Positions 60,554-64,000 of a DNA stretch of 64,000 bases are shown piece by piece (the stretch's first letter is position 1; each line of letters starts with the position of its first letter). The notes beneath the pieces were generated by a model. That model was not told where the DNA came from. It did no database searches and worked only from the letters and a program-made list of their open reading frames with translations. Both the position numbers and the translations under genes were made by a program. This stretch comes from Macrostomum lignano (taxonomy: Eukaryota): NCBI GenBank assembly GCA_002269645.1, contig NIVC01001942.1, positions 1 to 64,000 of the forward strand. The letters are read 5' to 3'.

Positions 60554-60619
<66 letters not shown>

Positions 60620-60642
60620 CACAGACAGACAGGCAGACAGGC

Positions 60643-60679
<37 letters not shown>

Positions 60680-60680
60680 C

Positions 60681-60747
<67 letters not shown>

Positions 60748-60808
60748 CACAGACACACAGACAGACACACAGACAGACAGACAGACACACAGACAGACAG
60801 ACAGACAC

Positions 60809-60842
<34 letters not shown>

Positions 60843-63612
60843 GCACCTGTGCTCAGCGAATCGCACCGCCGGTCCATCGGTGACCTGATCGCAGATTGGT
60901 CCATACGAGCGCGAGGTCAGCAGAATGCAGCAGTTCCGAGGCCGCAGTCGTTTCCGATAGTCCTCAATTGCTTCGGGGTTAAATCGGCGCACGATCCGAT
61001 CGCCCATCAGCCACATCTCCGGCTGCAGGCGGTGCATGTTGCAGCTGGCAAACTCAACGCTGTCGGCCGGCTCGTCCTCCTCCTGGAACCGGAAGGCCGT
61101 CCGCCAGATGCGCCTACGCTCGGCGTAGATTCTCGCCAGCTCGTTGAGCCGCTGGCCCATGAGGCCGATGTAGGCGTAAATGAGTCGAACGATTCTCTCC
61201 CAGGCCCGCAGTCCGGCCGGCGTGAGCCGGACGCCAACTTCGAACAGCGAAGCGGCTGGATTGTCGCACAGGCCGCGGTTGCGCACTCCGGCCCAGAGCT
61301 CGGCGGCCAGGCCGGCCCGGCGCAGGCAGTCCAGCACGCTGCCCGGGCCCTCGTGGGCCAGACAGATGGCCAATAGCCGGTGCGGCTGATCGTGCAGACG
61401 GGCTGGGGGCCCTGGCCAGGCCAGGCGCAGCCGGTCCATGTCCTTAGCCGGCAGCAGTTTGTACACCCGGCCGTGAAATTTGTCGCAGTTGGCGAATGGC
61501 GGGGCCAGAGAACGGGGCTCCGGCTGGCCAGGCTGCAGGCAGGCGAAGGACTCGCGCACAGTGGCCTCCAGTTCGTCCAGGCCGATGCGGCTCTGTACAG
61601 CCAGTCGCATGTTGCCGGCCGTGTAGTGCCGACGCCAATAGGCTTCGAGGCGTTGTCGAACGTCGATGCCCCGTTCGCGCGGTTGCTCCCACAGGGTGAA
61701 CCGGTTGCCGGACTTGAAGCCGCCCATGGGGTGGCCGGTGCCGGCCAGCCAGTTGTGAAAGAAATTCATTTGCGAATCAACATTGGTGCAGGCCAACTCG
61801 AATTCGCTGTGCACCGCCTGAACCTCGCGCTCCAGACTGGACTCGAGCAGCAGCGGCTTGCCGAGCAGGTGGGCGAATCTTGAATAATAAGTTGAAAACT
61901 GTTTATTATTAGTCTACTCGATAAGGCTGTTTTAATGTACTCTCCTAGCCTAGTGTTGTAGCCTAGTGGTTAGAGCGACGGACTCACGACTTAAAGGACT
62001 CACGATTTGTGTCCTTGAGCAAGACACTTAACTCTGCATTGCTTCAGTTCACCCAGCTGTAAAATGGGTGCCAGAATTAGCTGGGGTAATTGAGGGTGCG
62101 TGTGGCGACCCCCCAGTCCTTGGACTGAACAGCCGTACGCAGCCTTTAAATGCGCCGCGCAATAGCTGCGGCTGAGCTGTCGGTTGCACATCTGGCCCAA
62201 TTGGGACAGGTAATTCATTATTGCTTTTATTATAATCATTAATGTACTTTAAGATGGTCGCTTTTACAACTCAAAACTTTCAACAATGTCGAAGCACAAT
62301 GCGGAGATAGGAGACTCCCAAAGCCGAAAATTTGCTAATGTCAAAATATCTAAACTCATTCGACTTTTACTACTCACCTATCCAAGCAATCGGGCAGGCT
62401 CTGCTGCCTGACGCTAAAATAAAACAGCGTCTGCTCGGCATCAGTCCAAGCGTTGCTGCTGCCGCCGCATTCCTGTACAAACGCGTCGAACCCGTTCTCG
62501 TCAGGATACTTGGCCGAGCCCATGAACACCATGTGCTCCAGGCAGTGGGCCAGGCCGGGCAAATCCGGATCGTCCTGGGCGTTGCCGCTGCCGACGCAAA
62601 CAGCGGCGGCCGACAGCTTGGCAGTGCGGACCCGCTGGCTGCGCCTGGCCTCGGCCAGGCCGTCTCGATCGCCGCGTTCGCGATTGGCGACTGCCTCGAC
62701 CTCGCTGTCCTGCGCGTCTTCGTCTGGGTTCGACTCTTCACCGGTTTCTTCCTGGTTCTGCTTTTGGGGATCAAGGGAGTTGGGATTTCTCAGGGGCTAT
62801 AATATAATGATTTAATAATTGATTACACCTGCCCTAATATGCAGATGTGCAACCGACAGCTCCGCCGCAGCTATTGCGCGGCGCATCTGAAGGCTGCGTA
62901 CGGCTGTTCAGTCCAAGGACTGGGGGGTCGCCACACACACCCTCAATTACCCCAGCTAATGCTGGCACCCATTTTACAGCTGGGTAAACTGAAGCAATGC
63001 AGAGTTAAATGTCTTGCTCAAGGACACAAATTGTTCCGAGTGGGTCGAGAATCGAACCCAAGACCGACGCTCTAACCACTAGGCTATACAACCCTGCTAG
63101 GTGTCTATACATGTCCAAACTGACAGCTGAGTGAGTGACTACAGTTCATCATTGAGTGAGTGACTGCTGTTCATCATTGAGAGAGTGACTGCTGTTCATC
63201 ATTGAGTGAGTGACTGCTGTTCATCATTGAGTGAGTGACTGCTGTTCATCATTGAGTGAGTGACAATTTCCCTCCTTCACGCACAATTACCTGATCATTG
63301 TAATCAGATGGTCCATCGTCTTCATTATCCAACGCATTGTCGGCATCCTCAGACGTTGTCACCTCAATCCCGCTATTGCTCATACTTGAGTTGGCATTCT
63401 CACCGTCGCCATTTTGTTCGTTGCGTCGACGCCGACGTCGACGTCGGCCAGGATCTTCGTCGTAGTCCTCGTCGGCCGACAGGATGGCGCTAACTTCAAC
63501 CATGGCGTCCAGCGGCTCGACTGTGGACTTGCGACGCTTAACAGTTGGCAAATTGGCATCGTCGGGCTCATGAATCAGCAGCACTAGGAGGCCGTTGTCA
63601 AGCAGGATGCGC
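34018..63612 (-). CDS. NRDC: Nardilysin (N-arginine dibasic convertase, peptidase M16A), 5' exon outside window
   Basis: Exons complement(join(34018..34209,35561..36019,37582..37776,51599..51667,54038..54197,55304..55449,56307..56376,56481..56564,57397..57448,57547..57637,58404..58578,60847..61878,62378..62760,63291..63612)); all GT-AG, phases consistent, no internal stops. Acidic insert, HCLEH inverted zinc motif ([27 protein letters not shown]), [47 protein letters not shown]. Confidence 0.95.
34245..34520 (-). mobile_element. SINE family C
   Basis: Head GGGGCAGAGTAGCTCA...GGTTAGATTCC plus shared body. Confidence 0.7.
34840..35530. repeat. Degenerate CTACTCTACCAA/ACTCA repeat, last NRDC intron
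   Basis: Recurring CACTCTACTCTACCAAAA(T/C)CTAC motif with variable spacing. Confidence 0.8.
36204..36508 (+). mobile_element. SINE family B, internally deleted
   Basis: Homologous to 4734-5091 but lacking the GGAGTC..GGAATGGG block. Confidence 0.8.
37210..37480. repeat. 50-bp tandem repeat, about 5 copies
   Basis: GTACAGTTGAAGGTACTCTAGTTAGGTATCTCTGGGGGTACTCTAGTGAG at 37321, 37371 and 37421, with degenerate flanks. Confidence 0.9.
37862..38518. repeat. 20-bp minisatellite (AGCCAAATGTCTTCCTTCAT), left array
   Basis: About 33 units. Confidence 0.95.
39054..50672 (+). CDS. Putative four-transmembrane protein (~157-166 aa) nested antisense in an NRDC intron
   Basis: join(39054 or 39081..39243,50362..50672): donor ACG G|GTGAGT and acceptor TTCCATCCCTCCCACACGCAG|GC are both phase 1. 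The joined ORF is uninterrupted with four hydrophobic segments. No family recognised. Confidence 0.55.
39420..40162. repeat. 20-bp minisatellite, right array (same unit as 37862-38518)
   Basis: About 37 units; shares rare variant blocks with the left array. Confidence 0.95.
41335..41919. repeat. 30-bp satellite (GACCCAGTGAATGATCCGGACAGTATCAGT), left of the LTR element
   Basis: About 19 units, mostly identical. Confidence 0.97.
41920..46761 (+). mobile_element. Full-length Ty3/Gypsy LTR retrotransposon, Mag-like
   Basis: 276-bp LTRs at 41920..42195 and 46486..46761 (TG...CA, 2 differences); 5-bp TSD CAGTG; PBS TGGCGACGAGGA at 42197 (complementary to a tRNA-Ser 3' end); PPT GGGGAGGGAAG at 46475-46485. 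Confidence 0.97.
42196..46173 (+). pseudogene. Single gag-pol ORF (gag with tandem zinc knuckles, protease, RT, RNase H, integrase) with one nonsense codon
   Basis: [13 protein letters not shown] and [14 protein letters not shown]; LDTGS protease; RICGDYK, YQDD RT; HLAHTG..C..C; [19 protein letters not shown] integrase. TAG at 43681-43683 lies inside RT and both ORF-track pieces are in the same frame. Confidence 0.93.
46762..48300. repeat. 30-bp satellite, right of the LTR element
   Basis: About 51 units with a recurring AATAATCTGGAGAGTA variant. Confidence 0.97.
49645..50310 (+). mobile_element. SINE family C interrupted by a family A copy
   Basis: Head and body 49645-49890, remainder 50205-50310. 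Confidence 0.7.
49912..50186 (-). mobile_element. SINE family A (CORE-like)
   Basis: Homologous to 5480-5772. Confidence 0.85.
51880..53950. repeat. 21/22-bp minisatellite (GTGGCTGATTAATATACCTGAT), NRDC intron
   Basis: About 94 units with higher-order blocks. Confidence 0.97.
54690..55272. repeat. 16-bp minisatellite (CGCCAATTCACTACA[C/T])
   Basis: About 36 units. Confidence 0.95.
55850..56265. repeat. 14-bp minisatellite (CCAACCAGTGCATT)
   Basis: About 30 units. Confidence 0.95.
56615..57345. repeat. 29-bp minisatellite (CAGACCATGCCGTCACCCTCCCACATTC[C/T])
   Basis: About 25 units filling most of the 56565-57396 intron. Confidence 0.95.
57840..58230. repeat. 21-bp minisatellite (GGATTCTAAGTGGAGATAGCT)
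   Basis: About 18 units. Confidence 0.93.
58775..59072 (-). mobile_element. SINE family A (plus head fragment at 59165-59228)
   Basis: Homologous to 5480-5772. Confidence 0.85.
60540..60841. repeat. (GACA)n microsatellite
   Basis: Starts about 5 nt inside the 60846 donor. Confidence 0.97.
61950..62240 (+). mobile_element. SINE family A, B-box deleted
   Basis: TGTAGCCTAGTGGTTAGAGCG head; GAGCAAGACACTTAACTCTGCATTGCTTCAGTTCACCCAGCTGTAAAATGGG core. Confidence 0.85.
62815..63095 (-). mobile_element. SINE family A with a 16-bp deletion in the tRNA head
   Basis: Near-identical to 58775-59072 except for loss of the segment between the direct AGACC repeats. Confidence 0.85.
63127..63262. repeat. 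25-bp tandem repeat (ATTGAGTGAGTGACTGCTGTTCATC)
   Basis: About 5 units; about 2 units also at 59105-59155. Confidence 0.9.
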
Positions 63613-64000
63613 CTGGCATGGTTTGGCAAGTGAATTTGAAACTTTCCTACTATGTGCACATACATGTGCCATGCCAGTGAAATTTATACATTTTTACATG
63701 GACAAATGAAGTAGGACACTATAATACATTTTCTTAGAAATGAACTAAAGGCTGGTAAGGAACAGATATTTATCATATTTCGAGTACATTTAATATACTC
63801 TAGAGAATTCATAGTGTTAAATAGGCTTTAGCAATAGAAAATTTGGTAAATCCTATATACTAAAAATAAAAATCTAATTCCAATCCAATCAGGATACAAT
63901 GCGCCTTCTATCCCTCTGCTTAACATCATATCTTCACTAGAGCAACAGTTACTCATAAAAATCTTGAACACAATTGTATTCAGTTATGAGAAAAATATTA

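Noticed and set aside
60849-62815. Plus-strand ORFs overlapping NRDC exons (similarly over rhophilin, geminin and Gypsy pol)
   Set aside because: Shadow ORFs expected opposite GC-rich coding sequence.

Overview
Repeat-rich animal genomic DNA with GC-rich spliced exons. The style resembles a Macrostomum-like free-living flatworm, but that is inference, not a database match. I assembled four host genes by hand from GT-AG junctions with consistent phases, all on the minus strand: nardilysin (NRDC; 14 exons, first exon beyond the window end), rhophilin (HR1-Bro1-PDZ), a geminin-family gene, and an EAG/KCNH1-type K+ channel (continues beyond the window start). Mobile DNA comprises a young Mag-like Ty3/Gypsy element inserted in a 30-bp satellite, a disrupted intron-containing DDD/E-type transposase with a C-terminal PHD finger, hAT and Harbinger-type MITEs, RTE LINE 3' ends and three tRNA-derived SINE families (one CORE-like). 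Most introns carry their own private minisatellite. Best leads: (1) a probable unannotated 4-TM gene nested antisense in an NRDC intron; (2) a geminin-intron VNTR whose unit is a copy of the branchpoint and 3' splice site, giving about 31 stop-containing decoy acceptors; (3) a rhophilin ORF with no findable ATG exon that is in phase with NRDC donors; (4) the PHD-finger transposase inside a 6.8-kb block that splits a MITE.
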